64,000 bases of DNA from assembly GCF_003991155.1 (NCBI RefSeq), contig NZ_CP031293.1; one strand, written 5' to 3'. Source of the DNA: Escherichia coli (GTDB taxonomy: Bacteria; Pseudomonadota; Gammaproteobacteria; Enterobacterales; Enterobacteriaceae). A model generated the notes under the pieces. That model saw only the letters and a list, made by a program, of their open reading frames with translations, was not told the origin of the DNA and made no database searches. Shown here in pieces: positions 48,664-62,201 of this stretch. A program made the position numbers and the translations under genes. Position 1 is the first letter of the stretch. Each line of letters starts with the position of its first letter.

Positions 48664-48939
48664 ATGTTCAGTCGTGTTTTAGCCCTTCTGGCTGTGCTTT
48701 TGCTAAGTGCAAATACATGGGCAGCCATTGAAATTAATAACCACCAGGCCAGAAATATGGACGATGTGCAAAGCTTAGGCGTGATTTATATCAACCATAA
48801 CTTCGCCACTGAAAGTGAAGCACGTCAGGCATTAAATGAAGAGACAGATGCGCAGGGCGCAACGTACTACCACGTGATTCTGATGCGGGAACCGGGAAGT
48901 AACGGCAATATGCACGCCAGCGCGGATATTTATCGCTAG
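48664..48939 (+). CDS. yjfY: DUF1471 (YdgH/BhsA/McbA-like) small periplasmic protein (91 aa)
   Basis: Translation from MFSRVLALLAVLLLSANTWAAIEINN...; GAGGAGG RBS before ATG at 48664. Confidence 0.85.
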   Translation: MFSRVLALLAVLLLSANTWAAIEINNHQARNMDDVQSLGVIYINHNFATESEARQALNEETDAQGATYYHVILMREPGSNGNMHASADIYR

Positions 48940-48978
48940 CACCAGGTATAACCAACGAAACATTGCCATAGTTTGCTT

Positions 48979-49004
48979 TGCCCCCTTCGCAGGGGGCTTT
49001 TTTT
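48979..49004. terminator. Rho-independent terminator (GCCCCC-TTCGCA-GGGGGC-TTTTTTT)
   Basis: Read directly after yjfY; A-run on far side suggests it may also serve convergent ulaF. Confidence 0.8.
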
Positions 49005-49067
49005 GAAAAACGGCTGCGGAATTAGACCAGTTATCTCCCGAAGAAGGAAATTTCCGCAGCGCGTGTT

Positions 49068-49754
49068 TTACTTCTGCCCGTAATAAGCGTTGGGACCATG
49101 CTTACGCATGAAGTGTTTATTCATAAGATAGCTGTCGATGTGATTCAGTTGCGGGTTTATACTGCGCGCAATCCACGCCATTTTCGCCACTTCTTCCATC
49201 ACCACCGCGTTATGCACCGCATCGTGGGCATCTTTCCCCCAGGCAAACGGCCCGTGCTGATACACCACAATTCCCGGCGTATGCAGCGGTTCAGCGCCAC
49301 CCAGCGTTTCGATAATCACTTTGCCGGTGTTCAGTTCATACTCGCCCTGCACCTCTTCTTCGCTTAACCCACGCGTACACGGGATGTCGCCAAAGAAGTA
49401 GTCGGCGTGCGTGGTGCCTAACGCCGGGATCGCCAGCCCCGCCTGCGCCCATGCGGTGGCATGAGTGGAGTGGGTATGGACAATGCCGCCAAGCGACGGG
49501 TAACGACGGTAGAGTTCGAGATGCGTCGCAGTATCGGAAGACGGGCGATACGCCCCTTCCACCACCTTGCCGCTCATATCAACCACCACCATATCGTCTG
49601 CTTTCATGGTTTCGTAGGCGACGCCGCTGGGCTTGATCACCACCAGCCCGCGTTCGCGGTCAATGGCGCTGACGTTGCCCCAGGTAAAGGTCACCAGCCC
49701 GTAGCGCGGCAGATCCATGTTGGCTTCAAACACCTGCTGTTTTAGCTTTTGCAT
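49068..49754 (-). CDS. ulaF: L-ribulose-5-phosphate 4-epimerase (228 aa)
   Basis: Translation from [29 protein letters not shown]...; class II aldolase fold. Confidence 0.93.
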   Translation of the reverse strand: MQKLKQQVFEANMDLPRYGLVTFTWGNVSAIDRERGLVVIKPSGVAYETMKADDMVVVDMSGKVVEGAYRPSSDTATHLELYRRYPSLGGIVHTHSTHATAWAQAGLAIPALGTTHADYFFGDIPCTRGLSEEEVQGEYELNTGKVIIETLGGAEPLHTPGIVVYQHGPFAWGKDAHDAVHNAVVMEEVAKMAWIARSINPQLNHIDSYLMNKHFMRKHGPNAYYGQK

Positions 49755-50608
49755 TATGCCGCCTCCACCATGCCTGCTTTGGCCATGCGCGCTTTCACCC
49801 AATCACGCGCTTTCGCCACTTCTGCCGCCGGGTCTTCCGCCGTTTCGCTCCACATCTCAATCAGGTACGGCCCGCAATAGCCACTCTGCTTGAGCGTTTC
49901 AAAGCAACGTTCGAAATCCACTACGCCTTCGCCAAACGGCACATTTTTGAAGACGCCTGGTTTGGTGTCTTTCACATGCACCGCGACGATATGCCCAATT
50001 CCGGCCTGCAATTCCATCTGCACGTCGTTGTCCCACGCCGACAGGTTGCCGATATCCGGGTAGAGCTGGAACCACGGGTTGTTGAGATAGTGCGCGTAGC
50101 CCAGCGCCTTGCTGATGGAGTTCATCAACGGATAATCCATGATCTCCATCGCCAGCGTCACCTGCGCACGGCTTGCCATCTCAACGCTCTCTTTCAGGCC
50201 GTCACGGAAACGACGACGCGTTTCGTTATTGGCTTCCTGATAATAAACGTCATAGCCCGCCAGCTGGATCACGCGAATACCAACGTCCTGGGCGAACTGG
50301 ATAGCTTTATGCATAATCTCCAGCCCCTGCGCCCGTACCGCGTCATCTTCGCTGCCCAGCGGGAAACGACGATGAGCAGAAAGGCACATGGAGGGCACGC
50401 GCACGCCGGTTTCAACAATCGCATTCACCAGCGCCAGACGCTGCTCGCGGCTCCAGTCGAGGCGCGACAGGCGATCGTCCGTTTCATCTACCGACATCTC
50501 GACAAAATCGAAGCCTAACGTTTTTGCCAGTTGCAGCCGTTCCAGCCAGCACTCCCCGGCGGGGAGCGCTTTTTCATAGATGCCAAGCGGGATTTGTTTG
50601 GACAACAT
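49754..50608 (-). CDS. ulaE: L-ribulose-5-phosphate 3-epimerase (284 aa)
   Basis: Translation [42 protein letters not shown]... Confidence 0.93.
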   Translation of the reverse strand: MLSKQIPLGIYEKALPAGECWLERLQLAKTLGFDFVEMSVDETDDRLSRLDWSREQRLALVNAIVETGVRVPSMCLSAHRRFPLGSEDDAVRAQGLEIMHKAIQFAQDVGIRVIQLAGYDVYYQEANNETRRRFRDGLKESVEMASRAQVTLAMEIMDYPLMNSISKALGYAHYLNNPWFQLYPDIGNLSAWDNDVQMELQAGIGHIVAVHVKDTKPGVFKNVPFGEGVVDFERCFETLKQSGYCGPYLIEMWSETAEDPAAEVAKARDWVKARMAKAGMVEAA

Positions 50609-50617
50609 ATCCGCTCC

Positions 50618-51268
50618 TTAACCCCACAGTTCGGCGATGGAACGTTTGAACTGACGTGCGGCTTCCACCGGAGAAGCGGCATCACGGATACTACGGCCCG
50701 CGATAAAGACGTGAATCGGAATGCCTTTGAACAGCGGCAGATCTTCCAGCGCCAGGCCACCAGTGACGGTCACTTTGAAGCCCATATCGGAAAGACGTTT
50801 GATCGCGGTAATGTCCGCTTCGCCCCACGCTACGCCTGCGGCCTGTGCGTCACGGCTGCGGTGATAAACCACCTGCTGAATGCCTGCGTCGCGCCACTGC
50901 TGCGCCTGTTCCCAGGTCCAGTAACCGGTCAGTTCGATCTGCACGTCGCCGTTAAACTCTTTTGCCACGTCCAGCGCACCTTTGGCGGTGTTGATATCCG
51001 CACAGCAAATCACGGTCACCCAGTCAGCGTTGGCTTCGAAGCACATACGAGAAAGGATTTTGCCCGCATCGGCAATTTTGGCGTCTGCCAGTACGATTTT
51101 GTGCGGGTAAAGCGCTTTCAGGTCACGAACCGCACGCACGCCTTCGCCCACGCACAGAATGGTGCCCACTTCAATAATGTCGACTTCTTCGGCAATCAGG
51201 CGAGTGGTTTCGTAGGCGCTATCCATAGTCTGGTTGTCCAGCGCGACTTGCAACATCGGTAATGACAT
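50618..51268 (-). CDS. ulaD: 3-keto-L-gulonate-6-phosphate decarboxylase (216 aa)
   Basis: Translation from [36 protein letters not shown]...; ATG at 51268. Confidence 0.93.
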   Translation of the reverse strand: MSLPMLQVALDNQTMDSAYETTRLIAEEVDIIEVGTILCVGEGVRAVRDLKALYPHKIVLADAKIADAGKILSRMCFEANADWVTVICCADINTAKGALDVAKEFNGDVQIELTGYWTWEQAQQWRDAGIQQVVYHRSRDAQAAGVAWGEADITAIKRLSDMGFKVTVTGGLALEDLPLFKGIPIHVFIAGRSIRDAASPVEAARQFKRSIAELWG

Positions 51269-51281
51269 CTTCAATTCCTTC

Positions 51282-51746
51282 TTAAGCTGCCGCGTTGGTG
51301 CGGTCAATGAGATCCAGTACTTCCTGCTCGGTACGGCAGGCACGTAAACGGTCGAAATTCTCTTCATCTTCAAACAGGTTGACGATCTGCATGATGCCCA
51401 CTTCCTGGTGGGTGTTGGCATCAACCGCCGCCATAGTGATGAGGATATCCACCGGGTCGTTATCTTCGTGGTTGAACTCCAGCGGCTTTTTCAGCGTCAC
51501 CAGCGCAAAACCGGTTTTCTTAACACCCTCTTCCGGGCGACCGTGCGGCATTGCCAGGCCTGGTGCGAGCACAAAGTACGGACCGTGCTGTTCAACCGCA
51601 TCCAGAATCGCCTGGTAGTAACGCGGCTCGACAACATCCGCCGCCACCAGCAGGTCAACGCCGATTTTCACTGCGTCCTGCCATGTCTCAGCTTCAGCCT
51701 GCAGACGGATAGATTTATTCTCCGCCAGCGAATCACGTAATTTCAT
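51282..51746 (-). CDS. ulaC: Ascorbate-specific PTS EIIA (154 aa)
   Basis: Translation [29 protein letters not shown]... Confidence 0.93.
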   Translation of the reverse strand: MKLRDSLAENKSIRLQAEAETWQDAVKIGVDLLVAADVVEPRYYQAILDAVEQHGPYFVLAPGLAMPHGRPEEGVKKTGFALVTLKKPLEFNHEDNDPVDILITMAAVDANTHQEVGIMQIVNLFEDEENFDRLRACRTEQEVLDLIDRTNAAA

Positions 51747-51755
51747 AGCGCGCCC

Positions 51756-52061
51756 TTACTTCACGTCCTGCGGGAAATGCGCTTTGATCACTTCCAGCAG
51801 TTTCGGGCCAAAGTCAGCAGGAGAGAGCATGTTGCGCACGCCAACCACATATTTGTTGCCGGTCACGGTGATTTCGCCCGCAATGTGCGTAGAAGCGATG
51901 ATGATATCCGCGCCGCTCAACTCGCTTTTGTATTCGCCAACCGCGCAGCTGTTTACCGTGTGGTCAATGTTCGACTGGGTTAAAAACTGGTCCACTTTCA
52001 TCTTCATGATCATGGAACTGCCTTGTCCGTTGCCACACACAGCCAGAATACGTACGGTCAT
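51756..52061 (-). CDS. ulaB: Ascorbate-specific PTS EIIB (101 aa)
   Basis: Translation [27 protein letters not shown]... Confidence 0.93.
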   Translation of the reverse strand: MTVRILAVCGNGQGSSMIMKMKVDQFLTQSNIDHTVNSCAVGEYKSELSGADIIIASTHIAGEITVTGNKYVVGVRNMLSPADFGPKLLEVIKAHFPQDVK

Positions 52062-52076
52062 AATCAAAACTCCTTA

Positions 52077-53828
<1,752 letters not shown>

Positions 53829-54893
53829 ATGAGTAAAGTGAAAAGTATCACCCGAGAATCCTGGATCCTGAGCACTTTCCCGGAGTGGGGTAGCTGGCTG
53901 AATGAAGAAATTGAACAAGAGCAGGTCGCCCCTGGCACATTTGCGATGTGGTGGCTAGGCTGCACCGGGATCTGGCTAAAATCAGAAGGTGGCACCAACG
54001 TTTGCGTTGATTTCTGGTGCGGCACTGGCAAACAAAGTCACGGTAACCCGTTAATGAAACAGGGTCACCAGATGCAGCGCATGGCTGGCGTGAAAAAACT
54101 GCAGCCAAACCTGCGCACCACCCCGTTTGTTCTTGATCCGTTTGCGATTCGCCAGATCGACGCGGTACTGGCGACTCACGATCACAACGATCATATCGAC
54201 GTTAACGTCGCTGCTGCCGTGATGCAGAACTGTGCTGATGACGTACCGTTCATTGGACCGAAAACCTGCGTTGATTTGTGGATTGGCTGGGGTGTGCCGA
54301 AAGAACGTTGCATCGTGGTCAAACCAGGCGATGTCGTTAAAGTGAAAGACATTGAAATTCATGCGCTTGACGCTTTCGACCGTACTGCACTGATCACCCT
54401 ACCTGCCGATCAAAAAGCGGCTGGCGTACTGCCAGATGGCATGGACGATCGCGCAGTAAACTACCTGTTCAAAACCCCTGGCGGTTCCCTGTATCACAGT
54501 GGCGATTCCCACTACTCTAACTATTATGCGAAGCACGGTAACGAACATCAGATCGATGTGGCGTTAGGATCGTACGGTGAGAACCCACGCGGTATTACCG
54601 ACAAAATGACCAGCGCCGATATGCTGCGTATGGGTGAAGCCCTGAATGCGAAAGTGGTTATCCCGTTCCACCACGACATCTGGTCAAACTTCCAGGCCGA
54701 TCCGCAAGAAATCCGCGTGCTGTGGGAGATGAAAAAAGATCGTCTGAAGTATGGCTTCAAGCCGTTTATCTGGCAGGTGGGCGGCAAATTTACCTGGCCG
54801 CTGGATAAAGACAACTTCGAGTACCACTATCCGCGTGGTTTCGATGATTGCTTCACTATTGAACCGGATCTGCCGTTCAAGTCGTTCCTGTAA
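53829..54893 (+). CDS. ulaG: L-ascorbate-6-phosphate lactonase (metallo-beta-lactamase fold), 354 aa
   Basis: Translation [30 protein letters not shown]... with HxHxDH motif (ATHDHNDH). Confidence 0.93.
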
Positions 54894-54906
54894 TCTGTCG
54901 TTTATA

Positions 54907-54938
54907 CCGGATAGCGTGGAGTAGTTCGCGCTATCCGG
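54907..54938. repeat. REP-like palindrome (CCGGATAGCG...CGCTATCCGG) after ulaG
   Basis: Read directly. Confidence 0.6.
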
Positions 54939-55000
54939 CGTAGTATTTCCTGGCTATTTCAAATATCATCTAAAAAAATCAAATTTTATCGGAATAGCTC

Positions 55001-55756
55001 ATGACTGAAGCACAAAGACATCAAATCCTCCTGGAAATGCTCGCACAATTGGGCTTTGTGACCGTTGAGAAAGTCGTTGAGCGTCTGGGAATTTCGCCTG
55101 CCACTGCACGACGCGATATCAATAAACTTGACGAAAGCGGCAAACTGAAAAAAGTGCGCAATGGCGCAGAAGCTATTACCCAGCAGCGCCCACGCTGGAC
55201 GCCGATGAATCTGCATCAGGCGCAGAATCACGATGAAAAAGTACGTATTGCTAAAGCGGCCTCGCAGCTGGTTAATCCGGGCGAAAGCGTAGTCATCAAC
55301 TGCGGCTCCACCGCGTTTCTGCTTGGGCGGGAAATGTGTGGCAAGCCAGTGCAAATCATCACTAATTATCTACCGCTGGCAAATTACCTGATCGATCAGG
55401 AGCATGACAGCGTGATCATTATGGGCGGACAGTACAACAAAAGTCAGTCCATCACTTTAAGCCCGCAGGGCAGCGAAAACAGTCTCTATGCCGGGCACTG
55501 GATGTTTACCAGCGGCAAAGGGCTGACAGCAGAAGGGTTGTATAAAACCGATATGTTGACGGCAATGGCAGAGCAGAAGATGCTGAGCGTGGTAGGGAAA
55601 CTGGTGGTACTGGTTGATAGCAGTAAGATTGGCGAACGCGCGGGAATGCTTTTTAGCCGTGCCGATCAAATCGATATGCTGATCACCGGCAAAAATGCTA
55701 ACCCGGAAATCCTGCAACAGCTGGAAGCGCAAGGGGTCAGCATTCTGCGTGTTTAA
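55001..55756 (+). CDS. ulaR: DeoR-family repressor of the ula regulon (251 aa)
   Basis: Translation [43 protein letters not shown]... Confidence 0.95.
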
Positions 55757-56502
55757 AGATGCTGGCGGAAAAATGTCACGGCAGCATCTAATGCCTCAGG
55801 CGTAATGCGGTGACGCACGCCAGGCTGCCATGAACAGGTTAGCAGTTTATCCCGTCCCGTCTCGCTTAAGGCCTGCTGCAAACGTAGTGATTCGTCGGCA
55901 GGCACGACGTCGTCGTCAAGGCCATGCCACAGCAGTAGAGGTCTGTCAGCAAGTTGTTCCTGGTGGTTTGTCGCTTCCCACTCTGCCAGCGGCGCGACAA
56001 TGTTATTGAATTCATTCTGCTGTGCTGCCGTTTCAGGTATCAGCGGTGGAAACAGTGAACGGGCGAGCGATGTAAAATAGCCCGATCCCATCATGCTGGC
56101 GGTACATTTCACCGTGGGGTGGCGAGCGGTAATTCCCAGTGCCGTCATCGCGCCCATCGACGCGCCACCGACTGCCAGACGGTCATCACGCAGCCAGTTT
56201 TCTTCGGCTATTGCCGCACGTAAGGTAGTGAATTCCTGCATACTTTGTAGCAAGATTTGCCAGAATTGATTTAACCGCCGCGCTGCGTCGCCACTAAAAC
56301 GGCTACCGTGATCGGGCGCATCCGGCATGATCACCCGCAAACCAGCCTGCGCCAGCGCAACGGCAAAATAGCTATACACCAGACTGGACGAAGTAAAGCC
56401 GTGATAAAAAATCACACACGGTAACGGGGTATCTTTTTGCCCGACAGGATAAGCATGAAGAACGGGAGTATCTGCCAGCTCGCGTGATTCTATTTCAATC
56501 AT
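55753..56502 (-). CDS. yjfP: Alpha/beta-hydrolase esterase (249 aa)
   Basis: Translation [36 protein letters not shown]...GASMG nucleophile elbow. Confidence 0.9.
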
Positions 56503-56683
56503 CTGTCTCTCCTTTTTGTCTGGTATGACATGAAGAAATCCTTAGCACAAGTTTCTGCTGGCGGTATTAGTTCATAATGTTGAGATGTGGGTTACGCTTT
56601 CGTCACGTTTTCATTCGAAAATCGCGTACCAGGTAACAATTCGGGAACATTCCCCCAAAGTTAAATTAATAAGGCACTACACT

Positions 56684-57013
56684 ATGGTTAGCAGGAAACG
56701 TAATAGCGTTATTTACCGGTTTGCCAGTTTATTATTGGTGTTGATGTTAAGTGCCTGTAGCGCACTGCAAGGTACGCCACAGCCAGCACCGCCAGTAACC
56801 GACCATCCGCAAGAGATTCGCCGCGACCAGACGCAAGGGTTACAGCGAATAGGTAGCGTAAGCACGATGGTTCGGGGTTCTCCGGATGACGCATTAGCAG
56901 AAATCAGAGCGAAAGCTGTCGCTGCAAAAGCTGATTATTACGTTGTCGTCATGGTGGACGAAACCATCGTGACAGGACAGTGGTATTCACAAGCCATTTT
57001 GTACCGTAAATAA
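56684..57013 (+). CDS. bsmA: Biofilm/stress lipoprotein BsmA (109 aa)
   Basis: Translation from MVSRKRNSVIYRFASLLLVLMLSACSALQG... (lipobox LSAC). Confidence 0.85.
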   Translation: MVSRKRNSVIYRFASLLLVLMLSACSALQGTPQPAPPVTDHPQEIRRDQTQGLQRIGSVSTMVRGSPDDALAEIRAKAVAAKADYYVVVMVDETIVTGQWYSQAILYRK

Positions 57014-57161
57014 ATCAGACAACTTACATAGTCAGCTTTACATTGCTTTGCGTCCCTATGCGTTTACCTGTGCACAATAAATTACCGGCTGGAAGCTCGG
57101 GCGTTTATTACCGCGATGGAATGCCCTGCAACATGTGGGGAAACGAAAAATGGAGCTGACG

Positions 57162-57437
57162 ATGAAACAATTACTTGCCTCACCCTCGCTGCAATTAGTG
57201 ACTTATCCTGCGAGCGCCACGGCACAGTCTGCAGAATTCGCCAGTGCTGACTGCGTGACGGGCCTGAATGAAATAGGTCAGATCTCAGTTAGCAATATTT
57301 CAGGGGATCCGCAGGACGTGGAACGTATCGTGGCGTTAAAGGCCGATGAACAAGGTGCGTCATGGTACCGCATTATTACCATGTACGAAGACCAGCAGCC
57401 TGATAACTGGCGCGTACAGGCGATACTGTATGCGTGA
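57162..57437 (+). CDS. yjfN: DUF1471 small periplasmic protein YjfN (91 aa)
   Basis: Translation from MKQLLASPSLQLVTYPASATAQSAEF...; GGAG RBS. Confidence 0.85.
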   Translation: MKQLLASPSLQLVTYPASATAQSAEFASADCVTGLNEIGQISVSNISGDPQDVERIVALKADEQGASWYRIITMYEDQQPDNWRVQAILYA

Positions 57438-57462
57438 GTATCATCTACTGCAAATGAACAAT

Positions 57463-57495
57463 GCCGGATGCGGCGCGAGCGCCTTGTCCGGCCTA
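57463..57495. repeat. REP element (GCCGGATGCGGCGCGAGCGCCTTGTCCGGCCTAC)
   Basis: Matches REP consensus. Confidence 0.8.
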
Positions 57496-57553
57496 CAATT
57501 TTAAAATATTTCATTTAGTTAATCGAAACCAGCGTCGCATCAGTCGTATACGC

Positions 57554-59179
57554 TTACAAACACACTCCTCCCGTCGCCCGCAGCAATAAATCATTCTGGA
57601 TCTGCTCTGACAACCGTACGCCGCCGCGCGTATCTAACATCACCTGACACCACGCCTGCGCCATTGGCGGAGAGGCATATTTCAACATTTGCGCACCACA
57701 GCCCAGCAGGAATAGCTGATGAGTAATCTCTCGCCCCAGTTCTTCAGCAGGCTTACGCAGCTGCTGCTGTAAACGACGAACCGCGCGATCAAAATAGCGA
57801 TCCTGTCCTTTCACTTCCACAAATGCTTCCGACAATAAGTCGTATACGCCCGCTTGCTTATTGAGCACGCGCAGCACATCCAGGCACATAATGTTGCCGG
57901 AACCTTCCCAGATACTATTTACCGGCATCTCCCGGTAAAGCCGCGGCAGCTCGCTCTCCTCGCAATAACCAATGCCGCCCAGCACCTCCATCGCTTCGGC
58001 CATAAACGGCATACCTCGTTTGCAGATCACAAATTTCGCCGCAGGCGTAAATAAACGCGCCCACAGGGCTTCTTTGGCATCAGCACGCCGGTCCCACGCT
58101 CGCGCAAGACGAAACAGCAACGCCGTTTGACCTTCAAGCTGAAGCGCCATGCGACTTAAGACATGACGCATAAGGGGCTGTTGGATCAATGGATTACCAA
58201 AAACATGGCGTTGATGTGCATGATAAATCGCCAGCGAAAATGCACGGCGCATCATGGCATGGCTACCCAGGGCGCAATCAAAACGCGTCATCCCTCCCAT
58301 TTTCAGGATCAGACGAGTTCCTTCCCCTTCCTGCCCTAACAACCAGCCAATGGCATCCTGAAACTCCACTTCGCAACTGGCGTTAGAGCGATTACCCAGC
58401 TTATCTTTCAGCCGCTCGAGGCGAATCGCGTTGCGTTGCCCGTCAGGCAAAAAGCGCGGCACAAAAAAGCAGGACAAACCGCCCGTAGTCTGCGCCAGCA
58501 CCAGATGCGCATCGCTTTGCGGCACCGAGAAAAACCATTTATGCCCCACCAGCCGATAAGAGCCATCTTCCAGGCGCTCTGCGCGGGTGGTGTTGCTCAT
58601 GACATCGGAACCGCCCTGCTTTTCCGTCATTCCCATGCCAATCAACAAACCGCGTTTTTGCCCACCTGGCAATAAGTGAGAATCGTAGCGATCGCTCAAC
58701 AGCGGCGTGGTCCAGTCCTGAAACGGCGCGGGTAACATCTGTAACAGCAATGGCGTGGCGGCAAAGGTCATGGTTATCGGACATAACGACCCAGCCTCAA
58801 CCTGCGCATGTAACATAAAACGCGCCGCGCGCGCCACAAATGCGCCGGAGCGAGCGTCTTCTTCCCAGGCAAGATTGTGCACCCGATTGGTACATAGCGC
58901 CTGCATCAGCAGGTGCCAGGCGGGGTGAAAACGCACATCGTCCAGACGGCGTCCTTGCGCATCGTAGCGCAATAATTCAGGCGGATTCACATTCGCCAGC
59001 CGCCCCAGTTCAAGGGATTCAGCCGTCCCTAACTGCTGACCAATACTGGCTAGAAAATCGCTATCCCAGCCAGCACCTTCACGCGTTACCGCTTCGCAGA
59101 GCGCGCCATCAGACAGGTATAAATTGCTGTTATTTAATGGTATAGGTTGATTAAAAACGGTGTGAGTTTGCCAGTGCAC
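57554..59179 (-). CDS. aidB: Acyl-CoA dehydrogenase-family alkylation response protein AidB (about 541 aa, apparent GTG start)
   Basis: Translation ...HWQTHTVFNQPIPLNNSNLYLSDGALCEAVTREGAGWDSDFL... matches AidB; in-frame GTG at 59179. Confidence 0.92.
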   Translation of the reverse strand: MHWQTHTVFNQPIPLNNSNLYLSDGALCEAVTREGAGWDSDFLASIGQQLGTAESLELGRLANVNPPELLRYDAQGRRLDDVRFHPAWHLLMQALCTNRVHNLAWEEDARSGAFVARAARFMLHAQVEAGSLCPITMTFAATPLLLQMLPAPFQDWTTPLLSDRYDSHLLPGGQKRGLLIGMGMTEKQGGSDVMSNTTRAERLEDGSYRLVGHKWFFSVPQSDAHLVLAQTTGGLSCFFVPRFLPDGQRNAIRLERLKDKLGNRSNASCEVEFQDAIGWLLGQEGEGTRLILKMGGMTRFDCALGSHAMMRRAFSLAIYHAHQRHVFGNPLIQQPLMRHVLSRMALQLEGQTALLFRLARAWDRRADAKEALWARLFTPAAKFVICKRGMPFMAEAMEVLGGIGYCEESELPRLYREMPVNSIWEGSGNIMCLDVLRVLNKQAGVYDLLSEAFVEVKGQDRYFDRAVRRLQQQLRKPAEELGREITHQLFLLGCGAQMLKYASPPMAQAWCQVMLDTRGGVRLSEQIQNDLLLRATGGVCL

Positions 59180-59262
59180 TGTGTCTCCCTCCATCAATGG
59201 CAGTCACCATTAGTATGGTCACTGCCATGGATTCATGACAGAAAGAGATTGCTAAAACATTC

Positions 59263-60426
59263 TTATCCAGCAATGTAATGCGGAACGAAACGTGAGGTGT
59301 CTTTGGTGATCAGCGTGTTATCTTCACGGATCCCCATTCCGCACGCTTCATCATCGACAATCCAGCTACCGATGAGTGTGTAGCTATCGCCAAATCGCGG
59401 CAGAGGTTGAAACGCCTGGTAGATCATCGGTTCATCGGCGTAATCACCATCAGCGTGGTCAACGACGTTATTCTGACCGTCGAAAATGGTGACGTTGCCG
59501 CCTTCGCGCGAGTAGATCGGTTTACGCACATAGCTTTCGCCAGCGGCAATCTGCGATTTTTCACCCTCAAACCAGGATGCAAGAAGGTTAGGATGACCAG
59601 GGAAGAAGCGCCAAAGCAGCGGCATTAGCCCTTTATTACTCAAGATACTTTTCCATAACGGCTCCACCCATTGCTCGCGACGCTTGCGCAGCAGCGGACC
59701 GTTATCGTCACGCATCATCCACTCCAGCGGATACAGCTTAAATGCACGCTGGATGACATTATCATCAAGATCGGTCAGTACGCCGCCGACGCCCAAACCG
59801 AGATCTTCAATGTAGATAAACCGCGACTCCTGCCCTGCCTGCTGGGCGCAGTCCTGCAAGTACAGCACGGTACTCCTGTCTTCATCGGTGTCCTGACAGC
59901 AGCAAAAATAAAACGGTTCCCGACTGTAAAGCTCACTAAAGCGCGAAATCAGGCGTTCCTGAATGGCATTGTACTGATCGGCATCACGCGGAACAATGCC
60001 GCTGCGCCGGGCATCTTCCAGCCACAGCCACTGGAAATAAGCCGACTCGTACAATGAAGTTGGCGTATCGGCGTTGTACTCCAGCAGCTTCACCGGCGCA
60101 TTACCACACCAGGCAAAATCCATCCGGCCATACAACGAAGGATCGCGTGCGCGCCAGCTTTCGGCGATCACATCCCAGTACAACGGCGGGATCGCCAGTT
60201 GCGTCAGGATCTCTTCATCTTTAACCGCGCGATCCACCACCTCAAGGCACATCTGATGCAGTTCCGCAGTCGGTTTTTCGATCTGCTCTTCAATCTGGCG
60301 CAGAGTAAAACGGTAAGCCCGACTCTCGTCCCAATAGATTTCATTGTCGATGATATGAAAGTCAAATCCGTTATCGGCGGCAATCCGGTCCAGATCCCGC
60401 CGCACAGGAACATTGTGTCTCAGCAT
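59263..60426 (-). CDS. yjfC: Glutathionylspermidine synthase-like ATP-grasp protein YjfC (about 387 aa)
   Basis: Translation from MLRHNVPVRRDLDRIAADNGFDFHIIDNEIYWDE... Confidence 0.88.
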   Translation of the reverse strand: MLRHNVPVRRDLDRIAADNGFDFHIIDNEIYWDESRAYRFTLRQIEEQIEKPTAELHQMCLEVVDRAVKDEEILTQLAIPPLYWDVIAESWRARDPSLYGRMDFAWCGNAPVKLLEYNADTPTSLYESAYFQWLWLEDARRSGIVPRDADQYNAIQERLISRFSELYSREPFYFCCCQDTDEDRSTVLYLQDCAQQAGQESRFIYIEDLGLGVGGVLTDLDDNVIQRAFKLYPLEWMMRDDNGPLLRKRREQWVEPLWKSILSNKGLMPLLWRFFPGHPNLLASWFEGEKSQIAAGESYVRKPIYSREGGNVTIFDGQNNVVDHADGDYADEPMIYQAFQPLPRFGDSYTLIGSWIVDDEACGMGIREDNTLITKDTSRFVPHYIAG

Positions 60427-60428
60427 GA

Positions 60429-61067
60429 TTAGCCTCCCCAATGCCCACGGGCGCTGGAAGAACGACCATAGCCGCCGCGAGAAACGGTTGACGCTTTTTT
60501 GGTGGTAAAGCCGCCCGAAGAGTAAGACTCTTTTTTGCCAGAACCGGAGCGCCAGGAGTAATCACCGGAAGTGTTGCGCCAGACGGGGCGGGAAGCAAAT
60601 GAGGATCCGCCGCTGTTATAGACGAACGGCTCATCGCGATCTTTACGAATAACCCGGCTTAACAAAAATCCAGAAACGACCGGGATCCAACTCTGTTCAA
60701 CATTGTCGTAGTAACAATTTTCATACTTAGACTGACAATTCTGCTGAGTCATATTCTTCGGAACATCGGCATAAAACGCCGCTTTGGCGTTGTTCCAGCC
60801 ATGAGCACAGATATCTGAATTATTACCGTCATCAATACAATCCTGCACAGTCGAGTAAAACGTTCCGTCGCCGTCGTTATCGACATCGCCACTATCGCCA
60901 CAACCTTTCAATACGAAAAAAGCGGCACCGCCCATTAGCGCCAACGTTAAGTATTTTTGTGCGTAGCGATTGCGACGCGGTTCAAAAGGATTATTCGGTC
61001 TGCCAATGCGACTGATCGCTCCGTGACCAATTTTACTGTTATTTCTTGATTTGCGTTTTCTGGCCAT
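60429..61067 (-). CDS. yjfM: DUF1190 lipoprotein-like protein YjfM (212 aa)
   Basis: Translation MARKRKSRNNSKIGHGAISRIGRPNNPFEP... Gly/Ser-rich C-terminus. Confidence 0.85.
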   Translation of the reverse strand: MARKRKSRNNSKIGHGAISRIGRPNNPFEPRRNRYAQKYLTLALMGGAAFFVLKGCGDSGDVDNDGDGTFYSTVQDCIDDGNNSDICAHGWNNAKAAFYADVPKNMTQQNCQSKYENCYYDNVEQSWIPVVSGFLLSRVIRKDRDEPFVYNSGGSSFASRPVWRNTSGDYSWRSGSGKKESYSSGGFTTKKASTVSRGGYGRSSSARGHWGG

Positions 61068-61076
61068 GATCGTCCA

Positions 61077-61475
61077 TTACCATGTCATACAAGCTGCGTT
61101 AAAAATACCACCAGCCAGTGCGGCGGTTCCCATAAACATTCCTGCTGCGGTATTGTGATTAATAATTTTTTCGCTTAATGCGGGCATATAAAGTCTGACG
61201 CCAGCAAAAACGAGTAACTGAATCACCAGTGCAATCCCGCCCCAGGCGAAATAATCCGGAATACTCACCGCATTGATTGCCGCACTGGATAAGGGGATCA
61301 CGTAACCCAACAATGTACCGCTGAATGCCAGTGACGCCGCGGTATTATTGTTTTTGATTAATTGCCATTCGTTGTGCGGTGTAATTTTGGAGTAGATAAA
61401 CAGAAAAATAATCACCATAGCCACGCCAATAAAAAAATAGGCGCTAAAGGCAAGAAGTGAATCCAGTATATGCAT
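61077..61475 (-). CDS. yjfL: DUF350 inner-membrane protein YjfL (132 aa)
   Basis: Translation from MHILDSLLAFSAYFFIGVAMVIIFLFIYSKI...; ATG at 61475. Confidence 0.85.
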   Translation of the reverse strand: MHILDSLLAFSAYFFIGVAMVIIFLFIYSKITPHNEWQLIKNNNTAASLAFSGTLLGYVIPLSSAAINAVSIPDYFAWGGIALVIQLLVFAGVRLYMPALSEKIINHNTAAGMFMGTAALAGGIFNAACMTW

Positions 61476-61492
61476 CGTAAACGTCCTTGTAA

Positions 61493-62152
61493 TTAACCAA
61501 TAATATGAAGTGATGTCAGCGGGATATCGACACCCAGCGCGCGCGAAAATAACCACTCTGGCTCGCCGAGATCGTTAAAAGATTCCTCACCATTTAGCAG
61601 CAAATATTCGTAAGTATCTTCGGTTACTTGCCGTTGGTAGCCCATGGTAAAATTATGCACTTCCCATTTGGCATGGTTTTGATTTTCTACTTTTTCCAGC
61701 ATGTAGACGGGTTCGATATTTCCCGGTTCTTCGCTGTTAAAAAATCGCTGCCAGCGTTTTTCCTGCCAGTTTAAGGTCATTGCCCCCATCGCTTTGGCAT
61801 TGATCGTCTCGCGCCAGTGACTCTCTTTACTGATACCGTAGCTCTCTTCATAGACAAAGAGCTTGATATCATCAATGTCATCAATATTTTCGCCGCCGGT
61901 GGTATTGATTTGCAGAAACTCATCGCCTGAAGTGTAGTAGCGGAAAATCTGGCTACCGCCGCCCAGATCGATGCGGCTGACGGCGGCTACCGTAAATTCC
62001 TCACCCGGCAGCGCAATCAGCAATTCATCTTCCAGCAAACGAAACGCTAACGTGTCGAGCGTAAAGCCACTATTGAGATGAAGTCCCAGCGGACCACGAG
62101 CGATAGCAGGCTTATTATCCTTGCCAAACAGACGCTGGAAAAAACCAGACAT
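61493..62152 (-). CDS. yjfK: DUF2491 protein YjfK (219 aa)
   Basis: Translation MSGFFQRLFGKDNKPAIARGPLGLHLNSGF... Confidence 0.85.
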   Translation of the reverse strand: MSGFFQRLFGKDNKPAIARGPLGLHLNSGFTLDTLAFRLLEDELLIALPGEEFTVAAVSRIDLGGGSQIFRYYTSGDEFLQINTTGGENIDDIDDIKLFVYEESYGISKESHWRETINAKAMGAMTLNWQEKRWQRFFNSEEPGNIEPVYMLEKVENQNHAKWEVHNFTMGYQRQVTEDTYEYLLLNGEESFNDLGEPEWLFSRALGVDIPLTSLHIIG

Positions 62153-62201
62153 ATTTTATCCTTATAATAGTTGCCAGCCTTGCAGTGAGGCTGGCAAAAA
62201 A